IMG/VR virus record: IMGVR_UViG_3300031548_000001
Location: 31,021-95,020 of that record
Source: a virus
Direction: 5' to 3' (one strand)
Length of the DNA stretch: 64,000 nt
The translations under genes were made by a program, and so were the position numbers. The notes beneath the pieces were generated by a model that was not told the origin of the DNA, ran no database searches, and saw only the letters and a program-made list of their open reading frames with translations. This document shows, in pieces, positions 47,110 through 56,645 of this stretch. The stretch's first letter is position 1. Every line of letters starts with the position of its first letter.

Positions 47110-47459
47110 TTTTTGGAAATCACCTTCACCTCAACAGTGAGCAGTCCGGCCTTCAGCGGACCGAGCCGCCGGAACGCCGTCTTGCTGAGATCGACCACGC
47201 GGTTCAGATCGTTGCGCGGTCCGCGATCTGTCACAGTCACCACCACTTCACGGATGCCATGACGAATACGCAGCTTTGTGCCGAGCGGCCAACGGTTGCT
47301 GGCACAGGTCAAGGCCGACTGGGTGAAGCGCTCACCGTTGGCCATCACGCGGCCCTCGTGGCGATCGTGGTAGAACGAGGCGATCCCCACCACCGGCCGA
47401 GCCCGCAGGCTGACCGAGGTGAGGAGCAAGAGAACTGCGAGGATTAGGATGTATTTCAT
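47106..47459 (-). CDS. RlpA-like (DPBB) lytic transglycosylase with signal peptide
   Basis: GIASFY, ANGE.F...LT.A, P.GT, V.DRGP, DLS..AF. Confidence 0.9.
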   Translation of the reverse strand: MKYILILAVLLLLTSVSLRARPVVGIASFYHDRHEGRVMANGERFTQSALTCASNRWPLGTKLRIRHGIREVVVTVTDRGPRNDLNRVVDLSKTAFRRLGPLKAGLLTVEVKVISKK

Positions 47460-47484
47460 TTCGGGTATCTAGCCGGGGTTGGGT

Positions 47485-47781
47485 TCAGTCGTATGACTCT
47501 CGGTCACGCAGCCACGAATCGATGTCGTGGGCGCGGCCTTCGTATTGAAACACGCCATCCTTAAAGATGCGCTTGCAGCCGAATTGGCCGGGCTCGGTCG
47601 TGAAGCCGAGGGCGGCGAGCTTTTGATTCGTCGTCAGATCAGCGGCTTCGACGGCAAGCTGATCAACCGGTGACTCGTAAATAATGATAGTCCCAAGGCC
47701 TTCTCGGGAGTAGTGATCAGCCAGCACGCCGGCGGATAGATCGCCGGAGGACTCGCGAGCGCGTAGAGCTGCGAGGCTCAA
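47485..47781 (-). CDS. Hypothetical protein
   Basis: Coupled ORF. Confidence 0.4.
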   Translation of the reverse strand: MSLAALRARESSGDLSAGVLADHYSREGLGTIIIYESPVDQLAVEAADLTTNQKLAALGFTTEPGQFGCKRIFKDGVFQYEGRAHDIDSWLRDRESYD

Positions 47782-48095
47782 TCTGCGGCCTCCAGCTTGG
47801 CCTGCTCTTTGGCCATGAACTCCTGTGCCTCCGCGAGCTTCTGCTTGGCCAACTCGATTCCGGTGAGCGGGCGCTTGGCGATGTGTTTTGCGACGGCTTC
47901 GGCGGGCGTTGGCGCGTAAACGGAAACGTAATCACTACCAAACGTTTCGTAGGTGGTGAATTTTCGCCCTTCAGAGTGGGCGAGCATGCCCATATTGAAA
48001 CCGGCAATTTTGGAAAGCTCGGCAAAGTATGCGGTCACCTGTTCGTGGGTGATGCCGGCGATAACGTCAGGGATGACGGGAATATTTGTGCTCAT
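47778..48095 (-). CDS. Hypothetical protein
   Basis: Own promoter and leader. Confidence 0.55.
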   Translation of the reverse strand: MSTNIPVIPDVIAGITHEQVTAYFAELSKIAGFNMGMLAHSEGRKFTTYETFGSDYVSVYAPTPAEAVAKHIAKRPLTGIELAKQKLAEAQEFMAKEQAKLEAAD

Positions 48096-48129
48096 GATCG
48101 GATTCGTTTCGGGTTCGGGTATCTGACAG

Positions 48130-48173
48130 CTAACGACTACAAAGAAGGCATATCGCTTAATAAAAGTAAAGAG
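48130..48173 (-). promoter_or_regulatory. Early-type promoter CTCTTTACT
   Basis: 30 nt to GTTAG, then the GTCAGATACCCGAA leader. Confidence 0.55.
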
Positions 48174-48179
48174 GTTATT

Positions 48180-49874
48180 TCAGGCTAGAACAATTTTCTC
48201 CGGCTCTTTCGTAGGGATCGCGATCTTTCGAGACTTCAAGTAATCAATCGCCAGCTGCTTCACGCGCTGCGGGTCGGTCTCCACGATGTCAGGATTCGAT
48301 TCAACGCCTTCGTCCACGATGCCGACTGCCTGGGCGCTCTTGAGCCCGAGCACACTCGACATAGTCGGATCACTGCCGATGGGGGCCACAGGGAAGAACA
48401 CCTGCACCGATGCCTTCTGGCCGTCGCGAGCTAGACGCCCCACGAGCTGGTGGTGAATAGCTGGGCTCCAATCGAGTTCACCGAACACGAGCACTGAGCA
48501 CACGTCCTGCAGGCCGTTCATACCATCGCCGGACCGCAGGCTGATGACCATGAGATCCGTCCGGCCATCGATGAAGTCGCGCTTCGCCTTTTCCTTCTGC
48601 GTAGGGGATTCGTGGCCCGTGAAGAAGACGGGCTTCAGATCACGCAAACGATCCGCCCACACGTCATAGACGGCGCGGTGCCACCCGGCCAGCAGCACCT
48701 TCTCACCGGAGTCGATGAGCATGCGGACGAGTTCGGCAACGAACGGAGCTTTTGCCAGGCCGGTGGTCTGACGCATCTCCAAGTCGAACTTGCGGGCCGC
48801 TTGGCCGCGTTGCTCGAAGGTGCCGGTGAGGATCAGCCGTGCCAACTCATCGGCGGCGGACAGCCCTTTCTCGAACACGTTGCGGTCAAACTCCACGTCT
48901 TGAACGTAGCGGAGGATTGGCGGCAACTCGCGGCCCACGTCCTTGCGAGTCCGTCGAAGCATGAGCTTCTCGTTGCGCAGGAAGGCTCCGAGGGCCTCGG
49001 GCTGCTTTACTGTGAGCTTCCCGTAAATGTATTCGCCCCACTCGCGGGTGAACTCCTCTTTCGAGCCGAGGGCGTCCGGCGCGAGCAGGTTCATCACGTT
49101 CCAGACTTCGCCGCCGTAGTTGCACACCGGCGTTGCCGAGAGACCGAGCCGGAACGGCACCGTGCCATTGAGCATCTTCGCGGCTTTGTATTTCTGCGAT
49201 TCCTCAATGCGCAACTCTTGGATCTCGTCGTAGATCACGGAGCCGATCTTGCCGGCGAAGTAGCCCCACCACGCGTCGAGCTTCGAATACGAAATAACGT
49301 AAACGTCGGCGATGGGCAGCTTGTAGGGCTTCCGGCTCTTTATGATGTGGACCCACGCGCCCGGGATAAAGCGTTTGATCTCGTCCTCCCACTGCTTCGG
49401 CAGATGCGCCTTCACGACGATCAGCGCCGGGAGCGTGCGCTTATCCGTCAACGTGGCGATCGCCGAGACGGTCTTTCCGAGGCCGACCTCGTCGGCAAGC
49501 AGCAGGTGACCCTGCTTGAGGTAGAGTGAAGCCGCCAATGCCTGATACTCGCGGGGTGGGAATGCCAGGCTGAAGGAACTTGGCGAGCCCGGTGCCGACA
49601 TGATGGCGTCGAGTTCCGTCTGCTTCTGGCGATGGCCCGCCGCCGCAGTCGCGAGGTGTCGTGCGTCCACCGGCTCCAGTGTCATCGGGAATCGCACCAG
49701 CATCCATTCGAGGTCGTTGGCCACCTCGGGAGTGGCTACGATGCGCATCTCCGTCGCCACCTTCTGGTCGATGCGCGGGAAGATCCGCTTTAGGCGCATC
49801 GTGACGTCCGGCGTGGTGGTGATGACCCAGTGGCGCCGGACGGTGTCGAAACTGACTTTACCGTAGTTGCGCAT
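48180..49874 (-). CDS. SNF2-family helicase/ATPase
   Basis: LADEVGLGKT, DEIQ, LSATP, G.NGLQ, ELDW.P...Q..GR..R.GQ. Confidence 0.9.
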   Translation of the reverse strand: MRNYGKVSFDTVRRHWVITTTPDVTMRLKRIFPRIDQKVATEMRIVATPEVANDLEWMLVRFPMTLEPVDARHLATAAAGHRQKQTELDAIMSAPGSPSSFSLAFPPREYQALAASLYLKQGHLLLADEVGLGKTVSAIATLTDKRTLPALIVVKAHLPKQWEDEIKRFIPGAWVHIIKSRKPYKLPIADVYVISYSKLDAWWGYFAGKIGSVIYDEIQELRIEESQKYKAAKMLNGTVPFRLGLSATPVCNYGGEVWNVMNLLAPDALGSKEEFTREWGEYIYGKLTVKQPEALGAFLRNEKLMLRRTRKDVGRELPPILRYVQDVEFDRNVFEKGLSAADELARLILTGTFEQRGQAARKFDLEMRQTTGLAKAPFVAELVRMLIDSGEKVLLAGWHRAVYDVWADRLRDLKPVFFTGHESPTQKEKAKRDFIDGRTDLMVISLRSGDGMNGLQDVCSVLVFGELDWSPAIHHQLVGRLARDGQKASVQVFFPVAPIGSDPTMSSVLGLKSAQAVGIVDEGVESNPDIVETDPQRVKQLAIDYLKSRKIAIPTKEPEKIVLA

Positions 49875-49878
49875 GTTA

Positions 49879-51516
49879 TCAGGCCGCCGGCGCGGAGAGC
49901 ATTGGGAGCGAGTGGAGGCCAAGCTTGAGCGCGGTCCCGAAGTAGGCCGCAGCTTTCTTTTCGCCGAGTTCCTCAGCAGCTTCTTTTCCTGACTTGATCC
50001 ACCCACGCATGCGGCCGACTTCGACGTTGAGCGCGAGCGCGAAATCTTGGTTTAACCGGATGTGTAGATTCCCATTCTGGAATGCTCGAACATCGAAGAT
50101 GACCTTGGGCAATCCCTGTATGGTGCACATGAACTCGTGCCTTTCACCCGGGGACCAACAATTCTGTCGCCCTTGGTAGGTGAGGCGGTCGTCAGCGGTG
50201 TCGCAGTTGAAACCAAGGCAATGCGCGACGGTCAGGATGTCGCCAAGGAAGTCGGCTGCGGACTCAACGAGTTCGTGCCCACTAGAAAATTTGAGGCGGA
50301 TGCCACCAACACGTGCGAGCACGATTCGATATTCGAGCGCGATATGCGACGGCGTCTCTTCATTGTAACGCCACCGGTCGTAGGTGAAAACCCGGGCGTT
50401 GGACTTGTAGTTACGGACGTTGGCCTTATCGACCATCGTGTCGAAGGTTTCGAGGATCTGCTCGTCCAAGTAGGTGTTGGCGTTCTTAAGCACCCAGACG
50501 AGGATGGCCGCGATGTTGTCCACGGTGAAATCCACGTGGGCGCTTTTATTGAGGCGGTTCAGGATGGCGTTGCGCTTCTTCGTGGTCAGCCGGTTCGTGA
50601 TACTCTTCATGTGCCAGAAGAGCTCCTGCCAATAGGTGTTGCGCAGGCCGGCGAGACGGGACTTCAGGCATGCCGCGATCCGAACGGGAGAGACGTCGAA
50701 TTCCTTCAGGAGTTGGACGTCGAGTTGTTTCACCACGTCGTAGTTACGGCGGATGTTATCAAGCTCCTGATCGTAGAGGTTCACGAGTCGTTGGGGAAGG
50801 TCAGCACCCACCACTAGGCTCGTGAACTTGGCGGCTCGCTGCTCGGCATCACGTTCCGCTGCGGCCTCGGGAGATTCAGTGTCACCCCGCCACTTCGCCT
50901 TCAGTTCGGCAAACTCCTGCTCAAAGAAGCGATCGAAGGCATCGTCCGTCTCATCGGACATTTCGATTCGGATCAGGTGAACCTTGGCGCGGGCGGCCCG
51001 GTCCTCCGCATCGTAGAAATCAAATCGTCCGATGATCTCAAAAGCCGCCTCGCGGAACTTCAACGAGTCGGCGAGCTCCACCGATTTTTCCCAACGCTCC
51101 GGGATGACCAAGTAAACAAGCCGAGAGGATGATTCACGGATGATCTTCCGTGCCCAGGCCTCAAACTCGGAGTAGGGCGGGTTGCAGAACGTGACTTCGA
51201 CCTTCTTGTTCACTAAGCTCTGCTCGTGGAAGTCCGTGCCGACGATGAAAACGTCGTCCGGCAAACAGTCGCGCAGTATCGGGCTCTTTTCGATGGCGTA
51301 GAACTCGGAGAACTTCGCCTCCTTAAAGGCCTCCAAGACCTTCCCAGCGCCGGAGCCGATGTCCAAGACGGAGCCCAGATCGTGATACAATCGCCACTTC
51401 AACGTGCGCAGGTGGCTGATGTCGGCCATCATCTTCTCAATGATCTGCCGAGTGGTCGGGTAAAACTCAAAGTCCTGGCCGGACTCTTTCAGGTCGTTCA
51501 GTAGCGTAAGATTCAT
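49879..51516 (-). CDS. DNA adenine methyltransferase (DUF4942-like)
   Basis: FEFYPT, LDIGSGAG, NPPYSEF; C-terminal F.NGN.H. Confidence 0.85.
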   Translation of the reverse strand: MNLTLLNDLKESGQDFEFYPTTRQIIEKMMADISHLRTLKWRLYHDLGSVLDIGSGAGKVLEAFKEAKFSEFYAIEKSPILRDCLPDDVFIVGTDFHEQSLVNKKVEVTFCNPPYSEFEAWARKIIRESSSRLVYLVIPERWEKSVELADSLKFREAAFEIIGRFDFYDAEDRAARAKVHLIRIEMSDETDDAFDRFFEQEFAELKAKWRGDTESPEAAAERDAEQRAAKFTSLVVGADLPQRLVNLYDQELDNIRRNYDVVKQLDVQLLKEFDVSPVRIAACLKSRLAGLRNTYWQELFWHMKSITNRLTTKKRNAILNRLNKSAHVDFTVDNIAAILVWVLKNANTYLDEQILETFDTMVDKANVRNYKSNARVFTYDRWRYNEETPSHIALEYRIVLARVGGIRLKFSSGHELVESAADFLGDILTVAHCLGFNCDTADDRLTYQGRQNCWSPGERHEFMCTIQGLPKVIFDVRAFQNGNLHIRLNQDFALALNVEVGRMRGWIKSGKEAAEELGEKKAAAYFGTALKLGLHSLPMLSAPAA

Positions 51517-51554
51517 TTCGGGTTCGGATTCGGGTGTCTGACAAAAAACTAAAT

Positions 51555-51746
51555 TTACTTATCTGGTTTATCTGGTCCGTCAGTTTTCCACCAATCAGCG
51601 TCGTTAGATCTTAAATGCTTTTTGATAGCATCGCCGATCTTCACAAAGAATCGGCCAATCTCGATGAACGCGTAGGCTATCGATAATAACGCGATCACCA
51701 GTGCGATGACTTTGATCTGGTCAAGATTCACAGCACGAGCCTCCAC
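51555..51746 (-). CDS. Small membrane protein
   Basis: Single TM helix. Confidence 0.4.
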   Translation of the reverse strand: MEARAVNLDQIKVIALVIALLSIAYAFIEIGRFFVKIGDAIKKHLRSNDADWWKTDGPDKPDK

Positions 51747-52129
51747 AGCTCGATCACGAAGACCGGCTTCTCGCGGAATGTCGCCGGTATCTGTCCATCA
51801 CAGCGCATCGCGACGATGACTGCGCAGGCGGTGTCCGGGTGATCAAGGTAGCGCCCGCACTGCTGGAGCACAGCGATTCCGGCCGCGCCCTTCTTGGCTT
51901 CGATGAAGATGCCAGGCGTCACCAAGAAATCCAAACGATCGCGCTCGTTGAGGCGGTGCTCATGTTTGAACTCGCGCTTCATGGCCATGAGCGCCTCGGC
52001 GATGGCGATATGAATGCCGGACTCGGTCTGGACCGCACTGCGCTGACTGCGCAGCACGGCACCCAAAGCCGACTTCAACTCGGCCACGAACTTAGTGTAT
52101 TGCTGAGCCATGGTCAGCGGCGAAGCCAA
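51728..52129 (-). CDS. PD-(D/E)xK nuclease-like protein
   Basis: E..I, EHRL...R.DFL, IEAK, Q..RY. Confidence 0.65.
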   Translation of the reverse strand: MASPLTMAQQYTKFVAELKSALGAVLRSQRSAVQTESGIHIAIAEALMAMKREFKHEHRLNERDRLDFLVTPGIFIEAKKGAAGIAVLQQCGRYLDHPDTACAVIVAMRCDGQIPATFREKPVFVIELWRLVL

Positions 52130-52506
52130 GAAATCAGCAGGACCACAAAGGCACCCAGAAGCGAACCGAGCACAATCTGGCCGAAAACTCTGCGGTCGCC
52201 AGCCTGCGTCTCCGGCTTCGTCTTTGGAAAAGGCGACTCAGCCATCAGGGCTACGGGCGGGTGACCGTTCATCATCAGATAAAGCCAAAGTCGGCCGGTG
52301 AATAAAAACCGAAGGCGATCGCGAAAGGGGAATTCCCAGCACGATACGGTGTGTGTGCTACAACGGAAGCACGGCAAGTCTCGGCATTGCTCTTCCGTGA
52401 GGTTTTCAGGCCGCTTGTAGGTGAAGTTTTTTTCAGGAAACACCACCGCTTTGGCATCCAGCTTCTTCGGGACAAGGGCCGCTATCAATTTTTTGATCAG
52501 TTTCAT
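52114..52506 (-). CDS. Hypothetical protein
   Basis: C..LP....SCW.....R...LF.G..W...HPP; start at the leader ATG. Confidence 0.6.
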   Translation of the reverse strand: MKLIKKLIAALVPKKLDAKAVVFPEKNFTYKRPENLTEEQCRDLPCFRCSTHTVSCWEFPFRDRLRFLFTGRLWLYLMMNGHPPVALMAESPFPKTKPETQAGDRRVFGQIVLGSLLGAFVVLLISWLRR

Positions 52507-52527
52507 TTCAGGTTCGGGTTTCGGGTC

Positions 52528-52571
52528 TCTGACGGATGGGAGAATCTCCCTAGGTTGATTAAAGTAAAGAG
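52528..52571 (-). promoter_or_regulatory. Early-type promoter CTCTTTACT
   Basis: 29 nt to GTCAGA. Confidence 0.6.
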
Positions 52572-52593
52572 GAATCGAATTACGAAAGGGCAC

Positions 52594-52622
52594 AAAAAAA
52601 GCGCCTGCCGAAGCAGACGCTT
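52594..52622 (-). terminator. Intrinsic terminator after the KH gene
   Basis: GCGTCTGC-TTCG-GCAGGCGC + U7. Confidence 0.8.
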
Positions 52623-52643
52623 AGAGTAATGGGCTGTTAAGAC

Positions 52644-53240
52644 TTACTCTTTTTTCGAGAGCACAACACGAATCAACCGGCCATGGTTTTTGCCGATGCC
52701 ATCGAACAAATTTTTGATGGATCCGATCACGATACCGTCTTCGCCATAGTCAAAACGGCTCGGAGCACCTGTGATCTTATCTAAATTGTCCTCGTTCACG
52801 CGAACCTCGAAAATCGTCGTGTTTCCGATGTCGGTGCGGATGACCTTTGCGGAGTCAGGGCGATCCATGAACATCTCCACGGTCTTTTTCAGGAGGGCTT
52901 CGACCGGGGCCATATCCTTCGGCTGACTGAAAGACAGCGCCTTGGCGCCGCCAGTGACGTTCCGCGGGCCGCTCTCGTCTATACTGATATGGCTCTCTCG
53001 GTTGATCTGTTTCGCCAGGTTGCCAATGATCGCTTCCAGCGCCCGGAAATGCTTACCTTTGGCACCGATCACACGAGGAATGTCGTCCGGTGCGGTCTTT
53101 ATGATAAAAGCCACGAGCGGGCCATGGACAGATTGTGTGATTGAGACCTCCTTTGGTTTAACGACAACGCCCCGAACAAGGGAGAGGAGCATGTCGTTCA
53201 AATATGCAATAAGGTGATCGGTTTCGTGTATCGCGTTCAT
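52644..53240 (-). CDS. Tandem KH-domain (KhpA-like) RNA-binding protein
   Basis: Repeat 1: LV..VV.KP.EV.I...D..RVIGAKGKHFRAL..I (GxxG loop); repeat 2: D.P....V....N...ITG...G..IGSIK.L..GIG....R. Confidence 0.8.
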   Translation of the reverse strand: MNAIHETDHLIAYLNDMLLSLVRGVVVKPKEVSITQSVHGPLVAFIIKTAPDDIPRVIGAKGKHFRALEAIIGNLAKQINRESHISIDESGPRNVTGGAKALSFSQPKDMAPVEALLKKTVEMFMDRPDSAKVIRTDIGNTTIFEVRVNEDNLDKITGAPSRFDYGEDGIVIGSIKNLFDGIGKNHGRLIRVVLSKKE

Positions 53241-53266
53241 TTCGGTTTCGCTTTCAGTTAAAACGG

Positions 53267-53307
53267 TCTGACGACAAATCGCTAAACTGCTTGCGAATGC
53301 ATGTCAA
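53267..53307 (-). promoter_or_regulatory. Promoter TTGACA for the KH gene
   Basis: 29 nt to GTCAGA. Confidence 0.55.
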
Positions 53308-53352
53308 ACCATAGGCTTTCCCGTAGTTTTCATACGGGAAAGCACGGTGATT

Positions 53353-53856
53353 TTAACCGCTCTTGAGGTTGAATGTAACCTGACGCAAATCTTCCTGCGT
53401 CTCGGCGCTCTCGGAGTATTTACGAGCGAAACCCATTTTCACTTTCGTGCTCATGAGGTTCAGGTTCGTGTGGTCGATTTCCACTTTGAAGGAGATACCG
53501 ACCTTCGCAGCCTTCTCGCCGTCGGTGCCACCAGCGGCCTCGGCCGTGCGGCAGATTTCCTTCCAGCGGTTGGCCAGCTGCAAGGCGACTTGGGAAACCA
53601 CGAAGTCGGTGGTCGCGAGAAAGTTTTTCAACTCGGTCTCGGAGCATCCGGTGATCGTGGAAGCGACGGAGTCGACGCACTGCTGCACTTCACCATTGAG
53701 GCGAGGCGGCGCGACCGGTTCGTTGCTCGATTCTTGTTCACCGGCTGGCTGCTCGCCAGCGGGAAACTGTTCAACGACGGCGCCCGTGGGTTGGCCTTCG
53801 TGCTGCTGTTCGGTGCCGTGGTCTTCCGCCGCGGCAGCTGACGTTCTCTTTTTCAT
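53353..53856 (-). CDS. Hypothetical protein
   Basis: CCCGAA leader. Confidence 0.55.
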   Translation of the reverse strand: MKKRTSAAAAEDHGTEQQHEGQPTGAVVEQFPAGEQPAGEQESSNEPVAPPRLNGEVQQCVDSVASTITGCSETELKNFLATTDFVVSQVALQLANRWKEICRTAEAAGGTDGEKAAKVGISFKVEIDHTNLNLMSTKVKMGFARKYSESAETQEDLRQVTFNLKSG

Positions 53857-53890
53857 ATTCGGATTCGTTTCGGGTTATCAGTTCGGGTTT

Positions 53891-55657
53891 CTAACGGGTA
53901 AGGAACTTCCTCACCAAATTCTGCAGGAGCGCGGACTTTGTCACTTCCTCGCCATCGGTTGTCGAGCTTACGATCTTTGCTTTTTCGGACACGATCGCCC
54001 AGAGGTCGTCGTCGATTGTGCCAGGTGCGAGAAAGTAGTAAGCGTTGACGCAATCCTTCTGGCCGATGCGGTGCAGTCGGTCGATGGCCTGCTGGTGTTT
54101 CGTGTGGGTCCACATGAGTTCGGCGATGCCGATGTGCGAGCAGACACCTTGTAGACCATTGATGCCGAAACCGGCCGCGATGATCGAGCCTATGAACACG
54201 CGGCAGCGCTCATCCTTCGCGAACTTCTGGACCTCAGCGCCAACGTCTTTGCAGCCACCGAGCACGACGGCAGGACTCCATTTCTGCAGGCCCTTCACCA
54301 GAGCGGCCTGCACCTCCGGGTGATAGGCGTAGATGACAAACTTCTCGCCGGATTCGAGGAACGTGTCGATCCACTCGATGATCCACTCGACCTTGCCGCG
54401 ACCGGCGGCGGCCCGGAGCATTCCAATCTTGATCATCGCCATAGCCGAGGCCTGCCCATCTGTGAGCAGCGTGCCTTGATTCTGCATTACGACTGCTTTC
54501 GCGTCCTGCTCGATGCGGTCATACTCACCGCGATTGGTGAGTTCGCATTCGTAGATGGATTCGATCTTGTCCGGAAGCTCCTTGAGCACGTCCATCTTCT
54601 TACGACGGATGTAGCAAAGCTGGGTCAGTCGGCCATGCAGCTCCTTCGTGTTCGTGGCGCCGGTCATCTTCATGCCGAACTGGCCGCGCACGTATCCGCA
54701 GTAACGCACCATGAATTTATATTCGTTCTCGAAGTGGTGCATCAGGCCGAAGAAATTCAATGGTGCCAGCCACTCGGACGGATCATTCTCCACCGGGGTG
54801 CCGGACATGATGAAGCGCACCTTTGGATCACACAGTTGAGCGATCGCCGTTGCGGCCATCGACCGACGTGACTCTCTGCGCTTGATGAAGTGGCCTTCGT
54901 CGCAGGCGATACCGACCACCTTATTGAAGGTGGGGAAAAAGTATTTCTTCGTGTCCGCCGCAGCCTCCTTGCGCTCCTTGGCCTTCGGTGAGGCGAGCAT
55001 GAAGTTCACGTAGTTGTGCACCTCGGAGTAGCCCATGATCGTGATCTCGGCCAAGTCATTGGCTCGGACACTGGCCTTCCGGTGCGGAAGCCATTTGCGG
55101 CACTCAACCAGCCAGTTCTGCTTGAGCTTCACCGGGCACAGGATCAGCGCCGGGAATGCCTGGGACATCTCAAGCGCGGCCAGCGTTTGGAGTGACTTAC
55201 CAAGGCCCATGTCGTCGCCATTGTAGGCCCGCAGCTTATCGACCATGAAGCGGACGCCGACCTTCTGGTAATTCTTGAGCGCCTGCACCAGATGAGGGGC
55301 CGAGGGGATCTCGATTTCAACCTGCTCCTCGCTGGACGCCTGATCCTTCGCCGCGGCAGCCGCGATGCGCTTCATGTCCTCGCTCAACCGGGTGCGAGCG
55401 TCCTTGGTCGGGGTAATGCCCCAGCCGACGAGCTTGGTCAGGCACTTCGCCGCATCGTCGCCAGGCTGGATGTTCCACGAGTATCGGCGGGCGTCGTAAG
55501 ACTTCTGGCTGAGCTTCTTCACGAGCTCCACGCACATCAGGTATTCCTGACGTTCCTTCTGCATGTAACCGGCGTCGAAAGTCAGCGTGAACTCGCCGCC
55601 GACGAAGAAGAGAACACCCTTGCGGATGTTTTGTGAGACTTCGGCAGTCAGGCTCAT
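53891..55657 (-). CDS. SNF2/HARP-like helicase
   Basis: YQ..GV, DDMGLGKS, DEGH.IK, SGTP..N, Q..DR.HRIGQ. Confidence 0.9.
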   Translation of the reverse strand: MSLTAEVSQNIRKGVLFFVGGEFTLTFDAGYMQKERQEYLMCVELVKKLSQKSYDARRYSWNIQPGDDAAKCLTKLVGWGITPTKDARTRLSEDMKRIAAAAAKDQASSEEQVEIEIPSAPHLVQALKNYQKVGVRFMVDKLRAYNGDDMGLGKSLQTLAALEMSQAFPALILCPVKLKQNWLVECRKWLPHRKASVRANDLAEITIMGYSEVHNYVNFMLASPKAKERKEAAADTKKYFFPTFNKVVGIACDEGHFIKRRESRRSMAATAIAQLCDPKVRFIMSGTPVENDPSEWLAPLNFFGLMHHFENEYKFMVRYCGYVRGQFGMKMTGATNTKELHGRLTQLCYIRRKKMDVLKELPDKIESIYECELTNRGEYDRIEQDAKAVVMQNQGTLLTDGQASAMAMIKIGMLRAAAGRGKVEWIIEWIDTFLESGEKFVIYAYHPEVQAALVKGLQKWSPAVVLGGCKDVGAEVQKFAKDERCRVFIGSIIAAGFGINGLQGVCSHIGIAELMWTHTKHQQAIDRLHRIGQKDCVNAYYFLAPGTIDDDLWAIVSEKAKIVSSTTDGEEVTKSALLQNLVRKFLTR

Positions 55658-56115
55658 CCGGATACCTCCGATGACAGGATCTCTTGGCGAAACCACTTGC
55701 CTTGCTCTTTCCACACGAGGCGGAACTTGGCCCAATCGTGCTGACTGGCGGCGATCTTCAGGAACTCAAAACCACCCCGGAACGAGTGCGGACCCTTCAC
55801 TTCAACGAACAGATTCAAGTGAGGTATGTAAAAGTCTGGTTTATACCAGTCCCCATTTGAGATCCAAAGGCGGACCTTCTGCGCGATCACGACCTTGCCG
55901 GCAAACTCGACGCGCAGCATGTCCTGATACGCCAGCTCCAGCTTGTTCATCTTTTGCCGGGACTGGCGCACGCGGCGCTCGCTCGGCTTGGCCTCCACCT
56001 CTTTCGGGAGCATTGACGTGAGCGCCCGTGGTGCCCGCTGGGCAGCCAGCTGGGCCTGCACCTGCGGCATATACCTCGGGTGGATCTTGGAAAGGATGTC
56101 GTCTCGACGTGGCAT
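55654..56115 (-). CDS. DUF1064-like endonuclease
   Basis: NKLE..Y, YKPDF, EVKG. Confidence 0.75.
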   Translation of the reverse strand: MPRRDDILSKIHPRYMPQVQAQLAAQRAPRALTSMLPKEVEAKPSERRVRQSRQKMNKLELAYQDMLRVEFAGKVVIAQKVRLWISNGDWYKPDFYIPHLNLFVEVKGPHSFRGGFEFLKIAASQHDWAKFRLVWKEQGKWFRQEILSSEVSG

Positions 56116-56117
56116 GG

Positions 56118-56615
56118 TCAGCCGAAGAGACGGGTTTGAACTTCGACCGGAGCCGCCTTGATGCGCTTCTCGCGCTCTTGGAACGACTGGCTCTTCATGT
56201 TGAGCAGTTCGGTGAGGTGGCGGACCTGCTCCTTGAGCTGAACATTCTCCTCTGTCAGCGTCTTGAGCAATGCCCGGCGCGGGGCAGCATTGTTGGCCTC
56301 TGCCTCGGTGCAGATCGGGCGGGAGTTGGTCGCCTCGTAGAAGATTGTCGACCGGCGCGTGACCGGGCACGCCTGCTGGCCGATGCTCCGGATCAGGCCC
56401 ATGCGTTCAAGCGTGGCGAAGCGCGGGCTGATCGAATACTTTTCGAGGCCGACGATGCCGGTTTTTCGGACGATTGCCTGGTGAGCCATCGTCTGGTTCA
56501 TCGGGCCGGACTCGAGCACGACCTCCAACACCTCTTCGACGCGCCTGGAGATCAGGCCGTTTTCAACGCAGTAGGTGTAGGCCTCGCGGGATGTTTGGAA
56601 TTTTTCTGAGTTCAT
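56118..56615 (-). CDS. Winged-helix DNA-binding protein
   Basis: TS..AY, SI.PR...L...GLI. Confidence 0.6.
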   Translation of the reverse strand: MNSEKFQTSREAYTYCVENGLISRRVEEVLEVVLESGPMNQTMAHQAIVRKTGIVGLEKYSISPRFATLERMGLIRSIGQQACPVTRRSTIFYEATNSRPICTEAEANNAAPRRALLKTLTEENVQLKEQVRHLTELLNMKSQSFQEREKRIKAAPVEVQTRLFG

Positions 56616-56645
56616 TTCGGGTTCGGGTGTCTTTCTAAAATTGGG

